60,197 nt of DNA. Origin: a virus (taxonomy: Duplodnaviria; Caudoviricetes). Both the position numbers and the translations under genes were made by a program. Shown one piece after another: positions 47,157-56,127 of this stretch. Under the pieces are notes generated by a model. The model was not told the DNA's origin. It saw only the letters and a list, made by a program, of their open reading frames with translations, and searched no databases. Location of the stretch: positions 1-60,197 of the IMG/VR virus record IMGVR_UViG_3300025137_000038; one strand, written 5' to 3'. Within the stretch, counting starts at the first letter, position 1; each line of letters starts with the position of its first letter.

Positions 47157-49430
47157 TTAAGATGATAGTTTTATAATCTGCCCTGTTTGGCGGTTCATTT
47201 TCTTTAATTCTGCTACAACTTCAGTATTATCAGCACTTCCTGTTTGCATTTGTATTAGTTTTTCAACACTTTTCGTTAAGTCTGCTATTGGTTTTAAGTC
47301 AATATCAACTGGTACTTGACGCCCATTTGGTAGTGGAATAACTGCTTCATCACTAGCACCTTCACCAATCATACCCAACGTTGGTTGTCTAACAATACCG
47401 CCATCTTCAAATCCAAACTTATCTGCTAGCCATCCGCCTAATTTTTTACCACCTATGTCTCCACCAATACCACCTGCGATACCACCTATAATAGCACCAA
47501 TGGCTGTACCAACAAGAGGAACAACTGATCCTGCAATGGCTCCTGCCGCCGCACCAGCCGCCGCACCACTTAATGATCCAACACCTGCTCCAATACCTTC
47601 AGCCGCTACACCAACTCCGGTATCTTGGTCACTAGTCGCCGCCGCTATTCCACCTGATGCAAACGCACCAAGTATTGGAATCTTTTTAACTAAACTACCT
47701 GCAATTTTTGCCGCCGTACTGGCTCCACTAGCCGCAACACCTTTGGCTACGCCTGATGCCGCACTTGTGGCACCTGCTTTGGCTACATCATCTGCACTTT
47801 GTACGGCAATCTCACCTAATGTTTTTGCCGCCGTGTTTGCCGCTTTTGAGAATCCTAACGCGGCACCACCTGCCGCTGAAATATTTGTTTCTAATTTTTT
47901 TAATCCTTCTTTTGTCTCAGGTGACATATCTACACCGTCAACTAAATTTTTTAAATCTTGTACAATGGTTTTCATTGAACTAACTGCCGTTTGTGATACT
48001 GTGTTAATTCCTAGCCTTGTCATCTTACCAACGTCTTCAATCATCATTTGAGTTTGTTTAACAGTTTTAGTATCGTCAGCAACTTTAGGTACTAGTGACT
48101 TGCTATAAGCATCCATGTCGCCTTTAAATGTAGTACTAATAACTTTATACTGTTGATTAACTCCTTGTAGTGCTAACACACTGGCGTTCATTTGATCTGC
48201 TATTGGGCTAAATCCTTGTAAAGAACGCATTCCTTTAAATTGGCTATTTTGCGAATCATATATTGCACCCATTCTCTTAACAACATCTTCTGCTTTAACT
48301 GAACCATTTTGCATTTCCAGTCCAAGTTTGTTAAGTTCTTGTCCCATCGGACTCATCAATAACTGATTACCTTCAGCAGTTGCACCAACTGTAAGTCCTT
48401 GCATACCACGAAGTACAAGATCCATTGCACCTGGAACTTCGCCAAATTTGTTCTTCATTAATTCTAATGAAGCTCTTGTATCTGTGTTTCCTTTAACAGA
48501 CATTTCAGATAACATTAATTCAATGTTAGCCTCTTGTTTTTCTCTAGCCATTCTTTCTGCTAGAGCTTTTCTATCTTGTCCTGTTAATGTTGCAAGTTTT
48601 GTAATTTCTTCTGAGAAGTTTGCCGCCGCTAATGCCTGTTGATTTGCACTCATCGACGCAAATTGAGTATTACGTTGTTGCATTGTGATATATTCGCCTA
48701 ATAGTTCAGCACTTTCTTCAGCACTAATACCAAGCATTCTTAATTTATCACGTGATGTTTCATTCATTGCAACGTTAATTGCTACAAATCTTTTGGCACC
48801 AAGTGCCGCAGTACCACCAAAGACAGCCAAACTTGCTGAGTTTTCTCTGATAATTCCTGTAAACTGTTCTAAGCCTAGATAACTTTTTGCCGCGGCTGTT
48901 TCAATATCAAATAAACTGCCACTAAAGGTTGCACCACTTCTTGTTAATGCATCAAAACTATCTGCTAAATTTGCCGTGTGAGCAATAATGGCTCCACCTG
49001 CCGCCCCTAGGGCCGCTCCTGCGAATGGTATGGCATTACCTAATCTGTCAACTGCACTACCAACGTCTTTCATGTTTAAGCCGACGCCGGCTGTACTTGC
49101 TCCAAATTTTACAATATCTTCAGTAGCACCCATGACTTTATCAGCCATGTTTCCAAGTTTATTACCAAATCCACCGGCTTTATCAGCCGCATCATCTAAT
49201 TCTTCTGCTAAATCATCAGCACTTTTAGTAAGGCCTTTAAGTTCAACGTTGAGTTTTTTAGTGCTTTTTGCTTGTTTGTTAACTTGTGCTTGTGCATCTT
49301 TAAAGCCGACACCACCAGTGGATCCAGGAGATGAACTCTCCATTTTATCCACTAATCTCTTTAATGTGCCTTCTGTAGCAACATCATTTAGTGTGACTGT
49401 GTTATTGTCTATGTTTACTTCTACTGCCAT
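47157..49430 (-). CDS. Tape measure protein
   Basis: Ala/Gly-rich helical protein with a glycine-zipper membrane segment; C-terminal FEDGGIV...IGEG...EAVIPL typical of TMPs. Confidence 0.75.
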   Translation of the reverse strand: MAVEVNIDNNTVTLNDVATEGTLKRLVDKMESSSPGSTGGVGFKDAQAQVNKQAKSTKKLNVELKGLTKSADDLAEELDDAADKAGGFGNKLGNMADKVMGATEDIVKFGASTAGVGLNMKDVGSAVDRLGNAIPFAGAALGAAGGAIIAHTANLADSFDALTRSGATFSGSLFDIETAAAKSYLGLEQFTGIIRENSASLAVFGGTAALGAKRFVAINVAMNETSRDKLRMLGISAEESAELLGEYITMQQRNTQFASMSANQQALAAANFSEEITKLATLTGQDRKALAERMAREKQEANIELMLSEMSVKGNTDTRASLELMKNKFGEVPGAMDLVLRGMQGLTVGATAEGNQLLMSPMGQELNKLGLEMQNGSVKAEDVVKRMGAIYDSQNSQFKGMRSLQGFSPIADQMNASVLALQGVNQQYKVISTTFKGDMDAYSKSLVPKVADDTKTVKQTQMMIEDVGKMTRLGINTVSQTAVSSMKTIVQDLKNLVDGVDMSPETKEGLKKLETNISAAGGAALGFSKAANTAAKTLGEIAVQSADDVAKAGATSAASGVAKGVAASGASTAAKIAGSLVKKIPILGAFASGGIAAATSDQDTGVGVAAEGIGAGVGSLSGAAAGAAAGAIAGSVVPLVGTAIGAIIGGIAGGIGGDIGGKKLGGWLADKFGFEDGGIVRQPTLGMIGEGASDEAVIPLPNGRQVPVDIDLKPIADLTKSVEKLIQMQTGSADNTEVVAELKKMNRQTGQIIKLSS

Positions 49431-49440
49431 TATATACCCA

Positions 49441-49492
49441 GATAAATAACTATATATACTTTATTTAAAAGTATGTTACATAGTTATTTATC
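49441..49492. promoter_or_regulatory. Palindromic bidirectional late promoter
   Basis: Perfect 13-bp inverted repeat GATAAATAACTAT (49441-49453) / ATAGTTATTTATC (49480-49492); each arm carries a late box. Confidence 0.7.
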
Positions 49493-49504
49493 GGAGTCAA
49501 AAAC

Positions 49505-50338
49505 ATGGAAAACAATCAAAACCCACTAGTAGGGTATTTTAGGAAACCAGAAGTTTATATTAGTCTTCCTTCAAAAGGCGACTTTTATGAACAGGGCGTT
49601 TTAGACTTGCCACCTAACAATGAAATTGGGATCTTCCCAATGACGGCTAGGGACGAGTTGGTACTTAAAACACCTGATGCATTACTTAATGGCGCTAGTA
49701 CCGTTGAAGTAATAAGAAGTTGTGTACCAGCAATCAGTGATCCTTGGAAAATACCAAGCCTGGATATGGATACTATATTAATAGGTATTCGTATTGCAAC
49801 ATACGGAGAAGAAATGGATATTACTATTACTTGTCCAAAGTGTGAAGAAAAAAATGAGTTTGCTATTAACCTAGGTGCTCTAATGGATCAAACAAAAAAA
49901 TGGAAGTTCGACGAAACCCTAGAAATAGGTGATATGAAAATTACATTTAGACCGTTAGAATATAAAGAAATGAATGCACAAAGTCTTCGTACATTTGAAG
50001 AAACAAAAATTATGAAAATAGTTAATGATGATCAAAGTGACGAAAATATGAAACGTGAAAAGTTTCAAGAAGCATTTCTAAAACTTACTGCACTAACAGT
50101 AGACCTTATTGGAAAAACAATTCACAAAATTGAAACTCCTGAAGGTATAGTTACTGATCGGAATCATATTTCCGAATTTGTACAAAACGTAGATAGAAAA
50201 ACATTCGCTGAAATTCAAAAGCATTTAGATTTACAAGGCGAAATTAATAAGTTTGAAAAGTTCGAAGGCAAATGTTCAAATTGTGAGAATCATTTAGAAA
50301 CTCCAATTATATTTGATAACGCAAGTTTTTTCGTATAA
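49505..50338 (+). CDS. gp26: Baseplate hub/tail assembly chaperone (gp26-like)
   Basis: YISLPSKG...PMTARDE...IRIATYGE...CPKC...CSNC...SFF; divergent from the TMP gene. Confidence 0.75.
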   Translation: MENNQNPLVGYFRKPEVYISLPSKGDFYEQGVLDLPPNNEIGIFPMTARDELVLKTPDALLNGASTVEVIRSCVPAISDPWKIPSLDMDTILIGIRIATYGEEMDITITCPKCEEKNEFAINLGALMDQTKKWKFDETLEIGDMKITFRPLEYKEMNAQSLRTFEETKIMKIVNDDQSDENMKREKFQEAFLKLTALTVDLIGKTIHKIETPEGIVTDRNHISEFVQNVDRKTFAEIQKHLDLQGEINKFEKFEGKCSNCENHLETPIIFDNASFFV

Positions 50339-50562
50339 GGCTTCTTAGTCTTAGCAATGAAGATATTGCGAAATTAGTCAGTGACTACGACAAAGAAGCC
50401 CGAATTATAAAAAAAGAACTAGCAAGAATAGTATGGTATATGCGAGGTGGTATCACTTTGGATCAGGCATACAATTTGTCGAATAGTGACTCTAAACAAA
50501 TTTCAGAAATTATCGAAGAGAATATTAAGAACGTTAAAAAAACTGGACTACCGTTAATATAA
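50326..50562 (+). CDS. -1 frame extension of the gp26-like gene (gp51-like segment), probably expressed by frameshift
   Basis: Open frame FFRIRLLSLSNEDIAKL...WYMRGGITLDQAY...KKTGLPLI*; no start codon until ATG 50440; begins at the slippery T TTT TTC. Confidence 0.65.
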   Translation, partial: FFRIRLLSLSNEDIAKLVSDYDKEARIIKKELARIVWYMRGGITLDQAYNLSNSDSKQISEIIEENIKNVKKTGLPLI

Positions 50563-50667
50563 TAAGATTCACATTCATAAGAGATATACTTCGTATATCT
50601 AACAACTTCACTATCGTTCGTTGTTATTTTTAATTAGAAATACATATAAGTTAAGAGCGAAGCGATA

Positions 50668-51035
50668 GTCATCATGTAGATTGTTTCAGTCAGACGGAAC
50701 CTGTTTTACGGTTCCGCCCTGTCTTCATGTGAGTTCGCCCCAGCCAGACATTATTGGAAATAGGTGTTTTATCGCAACTCCATGGGTTCTAGTCTTTCCC
50801 GTACCTATACTGATCCTGCGTTAACAGTCTGTAACCTCGTTCCGATTGTTACAGTTTTTAAGAGTTATGTGCGTTTGTCATACGTTAGCATTCGTACTAC
50901 ACCAATCCACGTCCCAATTCTTTTGATGGACATTCACGGTCTGCCGTGTTTCATAGTGTGTTGCGTGTCTTATATCTCTATAAGTTTTTCCACAGTGGAA
51001 TATTAAACTGGCCCACTAACCTTAAGTGCTAATTG
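50668..51035 (-). ncRNA. Candidate large structured non-coding RNA (family not recognised)
   Basis: Many local hairpins plus long-range complementarities; G-U pairs favour the - strand; no credible ORF. Confidence 0.5.
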
Positions 51036-51041
51036 ATTTGC

Positions 51042-51551
51042 CTATGCACACAGAGTCTTAACTCTGTCTGCGTTTCTTTGCCAAAATTCGTCGAAGCCTG
51101 TAATGAGCCATGTTTTGTGTTTGGGGGAATTATATGTGAATTGTCTTGTTGTGATTAATTGGTGTGTTGAGGGAGTTGCTATATATTTGCCTTTGTTATT
51201 AAACTTCATTATTAGTATATTGAAGTCACCATCATCTGCCGCGTCCATTAATTGGTCCAGCCAGTCATCCAGCATTCGAACCTGTGGGGAAGTTAACAGT
51301 TGATGAAAAGGAAAGTCTTTATACGATTTGCATTCTGCATTAAATTTTGGAAATGATTGCCCAGGAACAATGTCCCCTTTGAATCCACGTACTTGACCTT
51401 CGTGTAATACTTCTTTACGGACAGTATTAGATCCGCCTACATAGGCGCCAGAGCCTGGTGCTCTAATAAAAGATTCTTGATATAGATCAGATAAGAAACG
51501 TGCAACGTCTCTTTCCCAATTACTACCTTTTGCTTTTTGTTTGCTTGGCAT
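51042..51551 (-). CDS. Holliday junction resolvase-like PD-(D/E)XK nuclease (Hjc-like)
   Basis: KAKGSNWERDVA...RAPGSGA...GDI...AECK. Confidence 0.8.
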   Translation of the reverse strand: MPSKQKAKGSNWERDVARFLSDLYQESFIRAPGSGAYVGGSNTVRKEVLHEGQVRGFKGDIVPGQSFPKFNAECKSYKDFPFHQLLTSPQVRMLDDWLDQLMDAADDGDFNILIMKFNNKGKYIATPSTHQLITTRQFTYNSPKHKTWLITGFDEFWQRNADRVKTLCA

Positions 51552-51765
51552 TCTTCTTCCTATGTTTGTTTAACAATAACACCTTCTGGTGGTACTCGTC
51601 AATCTTTTTTTCTGCATAGAAAGGAAATAATGTTGGAACAATTCCATGTATGATGCTTATAATACCCGTAAGTATCAAATCCAAACCTGCCACTATAGCA
51701 AACTTGGTGTGTGCAAAATACGATTTTCCGGCTGTTCTTAAATGTGCCCTAATTGCCCTTATCAT
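51523..51765 (-). CDS. Small membrane-associated protein (DUF6356-like)
   Basis: HL...SYFAH...A...IHGIVP.LF pattern. Confidence 0.5.
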   Translation of the reverse strand: MIRAIRAHLRTAGKSYFAHTKFAIVAGLDLILTGIISIIHGIVPTLFPFYAEKKIDEYHQKVLLLNKHRKKNAKQTKSKR

Positions 51766-53080
51766 AGATTCCCTTTAATTTATTGATGTTCGGTTTACCC
51801 AGAACGTTCAGCTCTATTGGTGTAACTAATTTATCGTGTGTTATACCATTATCATCGAGTTTCTGAATCAACTGCGGAACTTCGAAGTCTTTGTGATGTA
51901 AAACCACTACAACGTGTGTCTGCGAAGTGCTGAATATACAACAGTAACCATTTAACGAATATGGTACAAGTTGTTGTGGATTAATAAGACTATCATCAAT
52001 TCTTATTAAATCACTGTTTCTTTTTTCAAAGTAAAACGTATTTCCGTCTGCACTTACTACATCTTGAGTTACAAATAAATCCACAGGCTTGTCGTTTATT
52101 GTTTGACATAAATGACTGCTACCTTTGATTGTAAGTATGTCTTCATCATCAACCGTATATTCGCCTGATTCGTCAATAATGTAACCCATCTCACTTTCGT
52201 TATATTCACTAAGGTTTTCTATATTAACAACCTTATGTATAACAGGAGGTAAACATTCAGTTAATCCGTAAATGACTGCAACGTTTTTAACTCCTTCATT
52301 CTTTATTAATCTCCTAACAAAATGTATAGGAATAGTACTACCACCAGTAAGTACCCAATTTACACAACTTAAATCTAAATATTGTAAACCTGGATAAGAT
52401 TCAAAGTGTGAAGGAAATATTAACATTATAGTAGGTTTATATTTCTCTATAAGCTCTTTGTCGTAACAATTTGCTAATGGTGGTAAAATAATCTTTTTGC
52501 TAGAAAACAATGCAGGAAAAAAGTAAACACTGCTTACACCCAGGTGTACAATGTTATGAAAAAACCAACTAGTGTTTTCTCCTTGCCAGTATTGTTTAAT
52601 ACTTTCTTGAGTAGCACTCCATATACTTTCATGAGTATGAGAAATACATTTAGGTACTCCTGTACTACCACTTGTTAATGCTTCTACTAAAATTTCTGAA
52701 TGATTAATAGTATATTTTTCATTAGACTCAACAACTTCTGCTTCAATATGATTAACATTAGTTGCAGTAACTTTACATGGTTGAATACCACGTGTAATAA
52801 ATGTTTTTATATTTCGTCTAGAGATATATTCGTTAGTAATATTGTGTTCGCCACTTATAACAATTATAAGTCCAAAGTCAATAGCCGCGAATACAGCCGC
52901 CAAGTGATGTGAATCTTCTTGCATAGCAAGACCAATTCTATCTCCTTTTACTAAGGCGGCTTCTCGGAACAGTTGTTGATACCCAGAAGCAAGACTCATT
53001 AATTGAGATTTACTTATCTGGGTATCATTTATACAATCAACTATTTCAAAATTATTAGATAATTTTGTAATAGAAATCAT
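51749..53080 (-). CDS. ANL-superfamily adenylate-forming enzyme (AMP-binding, acyl-CoA synthetase-like)
   Basis: TSGSTGVPK (A3), YGLTE (A5), TQD (A7), RNSDLIR (A8), GK (A10); likely start MISITK at 53080. Confidence 0.8.
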   Translation of the reverse strand: MISITKLSNNFEIVDCINDTQISKSQLMSLASGYQQLFREAALVKGDRIGLAMQEDSHHLAAVFAAIDFGLIIVISGEHNITNEYISRRNIKTFITRGIQPCKVTATNVNHIEAEVVESNEKYTINHSEILVEALTSGSTGVPKCISHTHESIWSATQESIKQYWQGENTSWFFHNIVHLGVSSVYFFPALFSSKKIILPPLANCYDKELIEKYKPTIMLIFPSHFESYPGLQYLDLSCVNWVLTGGSTIPIHFVRRLIKNEGVKNVAVIYGLTECLPPVIHKVVNIENLSEYNESEMGYIIDESGEYTVDDEDILTIKGSSHLCQTINDKPVDLFVTQDVVSADGNTFYFEKRNSDLIRIDDSLINPQQLVPYSLNGYCCIFSTSQTHVVVVLHHKDFEVPQLIQKLDDNGITHDKLVTPIELNVLGKPNINKLKGIYDKGN

Positions 53081-53084
53081 AAAT

Positions 53085-53261
53085 TTACATACTGTTCTTT
53101 TTTTCTTGGATCTCGGCTCTTCTTGCTTTCGCAAGTTTACCCATTTCACCTAAAGCCTTACGAGCTCTTGCCGCCGCGGCTTTTACGCCTTTGGTTTCAA
53201 ATGCTTCGTTTTCTTTAAGGTAGTTGTCGTAGTGTGCTACGATATCATCATGTATTGCCAT
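53085..53261 (-). CDS. Hc1/histone H1-like small basic protein
   Basis: ENEAFETKGVKAAAARARKALGEMGKLAKARRAEIQEKK; RBS AGGAG before MAIHDD. Confidence 0.7.
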   Translation of the reverse strand: MAIHDDIVAHYDNYLKENEAFETKGVKAAAARARKALGEMGKLAKARRAEIQEKKNSM

Positions 53262-53274
53262 TGTTTTATTTCTC

Positions 53275-55044
53275 CTATACAACGTCGATGTCAGTGTTAT
53301 AACTTGTAAACCCGTTTTCTTTAATAACGGATAGTATGTTATTGACCCGACCAGCGAGTTCGTCTCTGTGAGATACTAACCAAACAGATTTTTTACGTTC
53401 CCGACTGATTTTTTTAAGTATAGCCAGACTGTTTTCAACACCCGAGCTATCCATACCAGAATCAACTAGTTCATCAATGAACAGTAAGTTAATTGGCTGA
53501 TATAAGTTCTCCCAAACATCTCTGAACGCCCAACTTAACGAAAGTATAAGTCTATTACGTTCACCTCTGCTTAGGTTGTCAAAATCTAACTCTCTACCTA
53601 ACTCTGTAATTATTACAGTTAAATCATTTTGAAAAACTACACTATGTGGTAATCCAATACGTTCTAAGTAAAATGCCAGCCTCTTGTTAAGGAATGCTAG
53701 ATTTTGGTCTATTATACGTTTACGAATAAACGAATCTTTACTAGTTAAAAGTTTCAACAAGAAGTCTTGATGTTCCTTTACCCTAGTTAATTCGTTTACT
53801 GTATCGTACTTAACCTCCTCAATTCCATGCTCTTCCATTTCTTGAATCTGCTCATGATATGGATCAACCTGGTTTTGTAGGGTAGTTAATTCGCTTTCTA
53901 ACTGTTCTAAACTAGACCTGTGGTTGTATGCATCGTCTAATTTCTCATAGAATACAACAGGTTTTTCACCTAGTTCACCTATATCTGCTAGTTTAGTTTG
54001 CAGTTCTTTTTCTGTAATAATGTTATTATTAACAGTTTCAACTGATTCAGTTAGTAATTCTTTTTTATCTTTTAATATTTCATCTTGTTTATTGTCATGT
54101 AAATCTTGTCCACAAGCATAACATTTATGTTCTTCTAAAGACTTAATCTCTTTCTCTAATTTTTCTTTAGATTTAACGTGTCTATTAGACTCGCTAGTAA
54201 GTCTGTCATATGCATCTTGTAAATCTGTAAATTCTCTTGCTTTATCGATATAATCTTTACGTTGCTTATGTGCTTCAAGTTCTTTAGTAATATCAACATT
54301 ACTTAAAGACTTCAGTGCTTCGTCGATTTTTACAGAGTCGCTTGTTTTCTTATCTGCCCACATTTTACTTCTGCGTTTTAAAGATTCAATTTGTTCTCTA
54401 ATCTTTTCATTTGCATCAGCAACACTTTTAATCTTATATTCTTCTTGTGTAATTAAATCTTTATTAATACGCAACTGTTCTTTTAGCATATCAGACTTTT
54501 CACTTAATAGTGTAATACCTAATAACTGTTCAATTATAACACGTTGCTCATTGTGTCTCAAACTTAAGAAAGGTTGTGTGTAAGTGTTTAACGCCACAAT
54601 GTGTTTAAACATTTCGTGACTCATACCAAGCAACTCTTCAATTGCTTTTTGTGTTATTCTAGAATCACCTTGTGCAGTATCTTCTGCTTCTTGTTCAGTA
54701 TTGTCGATATAAAACTTTAGTACGTTAGGTTTTCTTCCACGTTCTATTCTATACTTTCTACCACCGTATTCAAATTCAACAGTAACTAACATAGCCTTGC
54801 CGTTAGTTTTGTTTACTAGATTATCTCTACGAATATTAGTTAATGCTAAACCATATAGTGCATAACTTAAAGCATTAATAATAGTTGTTTTACCAGTACC
54901 ATTTCTTGCTCCGTGGTCACCGCCACCTGTATCTAAGTTTTCTCCTAAAACAAGTGTTAAGTCGTTTCTATTAAAGTCTAGTGCTTGGGTACTGTTACCC
55001 ACACTCATAAAATTCTTAACTGTTAAGTTGTTTAGTTTAAACAT
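53275..55044 (-). CDS. gp46: Recombination endonuclease ATPase subunit (gp46/SbcC/Rad50)
   Basis: KNFMSVGN, NGTGKTT, CYAC zinc hook, LSRGE, LFIDE, VSH. Confidence 0.95.
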   Translation of the reverse strand: MFKLNNLTVKNFMSVGNSTQALDFNRNDLTLVLGENLDTGGGDHGARNGTGKTTIINALSYALYGLALTNIRRDNLVNKTNGKAMLVTVEFEYGGRKYRIERGRKPNVLKFYIDNTEQEAEDTAQGDSRITQKAIEELLGMSHEMFKHIVALNTYTQPFLSLRHNEQRVIIEQLLGITLLSEKSDMLKEQLRINKDLITQEEYKIKSVADANEKIREQIESLKRRSKMWADKKTSDSVKIDEALKSLSNVDITKELEAHKQRKDYIDKAREFTDLQDAYDRLTSESNRHVKSKEKLEKEIKSLEEHKCYACGQDLHDNKQDEILKDKKELLTESVETVNNNIITEKELQTKLADIGELGEKPVVFYEKLDDAYNHRSSLEQLESELTTLQNQVDPYHEQIQEMEEHGIEEVKYDTVNELTRVKEHQDFLLKLLTSKDSFIRKRIIDQNLAFLNKRLAFYLERIGLPHSVVFQNDLTVIITELGRELDFDNLSRGERNRLILSLSWAFRDVWENLYQPINLLFIDELVDSGMDSSGVENSLAILKKISRERKKSVWLVSHRDELAGRVNNILSVIKENGFTSYNTDIDVV

Positions 55045-55047
55045 TAA

Positions 55048-56061
55048 TTATAGGTTCCTGTATATATCCATTAAAAGTTTTGGATCATATAAATCCGATT
55101 CTACAGATTGAAGTTGGCTCATAACAATGCTATCAACACTTTCAAAATTTACTTCGGCTGTTTCATCATAATTTGTATCTACTTCTTTTTGTGGTATAAG
55201 TGCAAGTTCTCTTACATCATATTGTCCATAAAAGTTTTCTTTTATAAAGTTTGCTTCTTCATAACTAATATCAATATCTAAATTAATCCTAGCATAAGTC
55301 TTTGGTAATAGTAATCCTTTTGGATCATCTAATAACTGACTTAACTTTAAAACTTTATATTTAGGTGCTAGATCCCACTTAATATATCTATGTGGTTCGC
55401 CCCATTCTAATATCATTGCTCCTCGGTCATCATCCCAAGCATCACTGTAGTTGTGTGGAAAAGCATTTCCGATGTATGTAATATTACCTACTTCTTGACG
55501 CTTGTGGAAGTGACCAGTAAACATACGTTCAACACCTCTGAAGTCCGTATGTTTAATCTCTCCGTGGTCCGGCATTTGGACCATAGCATTCATATAAAAA
55601 CTAGGAAGTTCAAAATGTCCTAGCATATACTTTGCTTCAATTTTTTTAATTTTTTTGTACTCATCGCCTACTAGCCATGGTACTATTGCAACATCACCTT
55701 CTGTTATTATCTCATTGATGATTCTTACATTTGGAATATGACTTGCCCAAGTAATACTATTAAAGTCTCTACGGTCTCTGTAGTACTCGTCGTGATTACC
55801 TGGTATAAAGATTACTTGATCAAATGCTTGGCTCAGTAAAGTAATTGCCTCTACACTATGATTTAGTGTGGCTACATTAATACTAGCTCGTTGGTGATGC
55901 CAGTCACCTAAAAACAAACACGTTTCGCATTGTTCTTCTTTGCCTCTTTCGATTACCCACTTAACAAAGTCAACACAATCTTCGTTGTGTGCTTGACTGT
56001 TAGACTTATTTCCAAAGTGAATGTCCGTAAAGGCAATGGCTTTCTTGAATAGATTGCTCAT
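55048..56061 (-). CDS. gp47: Recombination endonuclease nuclease subunit (gp47/SbcD/Mre11)
   Basis: TDIHFG, GDWHH, GNHD, GHFE and GHFH metallophosphoesterase motifs. Confidence 0.95.
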   Translation of the reverse strand: MSNLFKKAIAFTDIHFGNKSNSQAHNEDCVDFVKWVIERGKEEQCETCLFLGDWHHQRASINVATLNHSVEAITLLSQAFDQVIFIPGNHDEYYRDRRDFNSITWASHIPNVRIINEIITEGDVAIVPWLVGDEYKKIKKIEAKYMLGHFELPSFYMNAMVQMPDHGEIKHTDFRGVERMFTGHFHKRQEVGNITYIGNAFPHNYSDAWDDDRGAMILEWGEPHRYIKWDLAPKYKVLKLSQLLDDPKGLLLPKTYARINLDIDISYEEANFIKENFYGQYDVRELALIPQKEVDTNYDETAEVNFESVDSIVMSQLQSVESDLYDPKLLMDIYRNL

Positions 56062-56093
56062 GCTTTTTCCGAATTTAAATTACATACAACTAT

Positions 56094-56122
56094 ATAATAC
56101 TGTAAGTTGTACCAAATGTCAA
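56094..56122 (-). promoter_or_regulatory. Sigma70-type promoter of gp47-gp46
   Basis: TTGACA-17 nt-TATTAT. Confidence 0.7.
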
Positions 56123-56127
56123 CCGGT

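Noticed and set aside
1501-49449. Many + strand ORFs of 60-200 aa overlapping the - strand genes (e.g. 1696-2073, 7819-8379, 9417-9941, 43847-44360, 47455-48051)
   Set aside because: Antisense shadows of real genes: Ser/Phe/Leu- or Pro/Ala-rich, no recognisable motifs, lying within well-supported CDSs.
50764-51006. 80-aa + strand ORF in the large spacer
   Set aside because: GTG start, no recognisable motif and atypical composition; the region is better explained by RNA structure on the opposite strand.
50668-51035. tmRNA, RNase P RNA, tRNA or group I/II intron identity for the structured spacer
   Set aside because: No T-arm/CCA end, no GAGGAAAGUCC P4 motif, no P7 or domain V consensus, and no interrupted gene flanks it.
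43709-53282. Longer N-termini in the ORF track for 43709-44584, 51749-53149 and 53085-53282
   Set aside because: Downstream ATGs (44482, 53080, 53261) have RBSs or avoid overlap with promoters and neighbouring genes.
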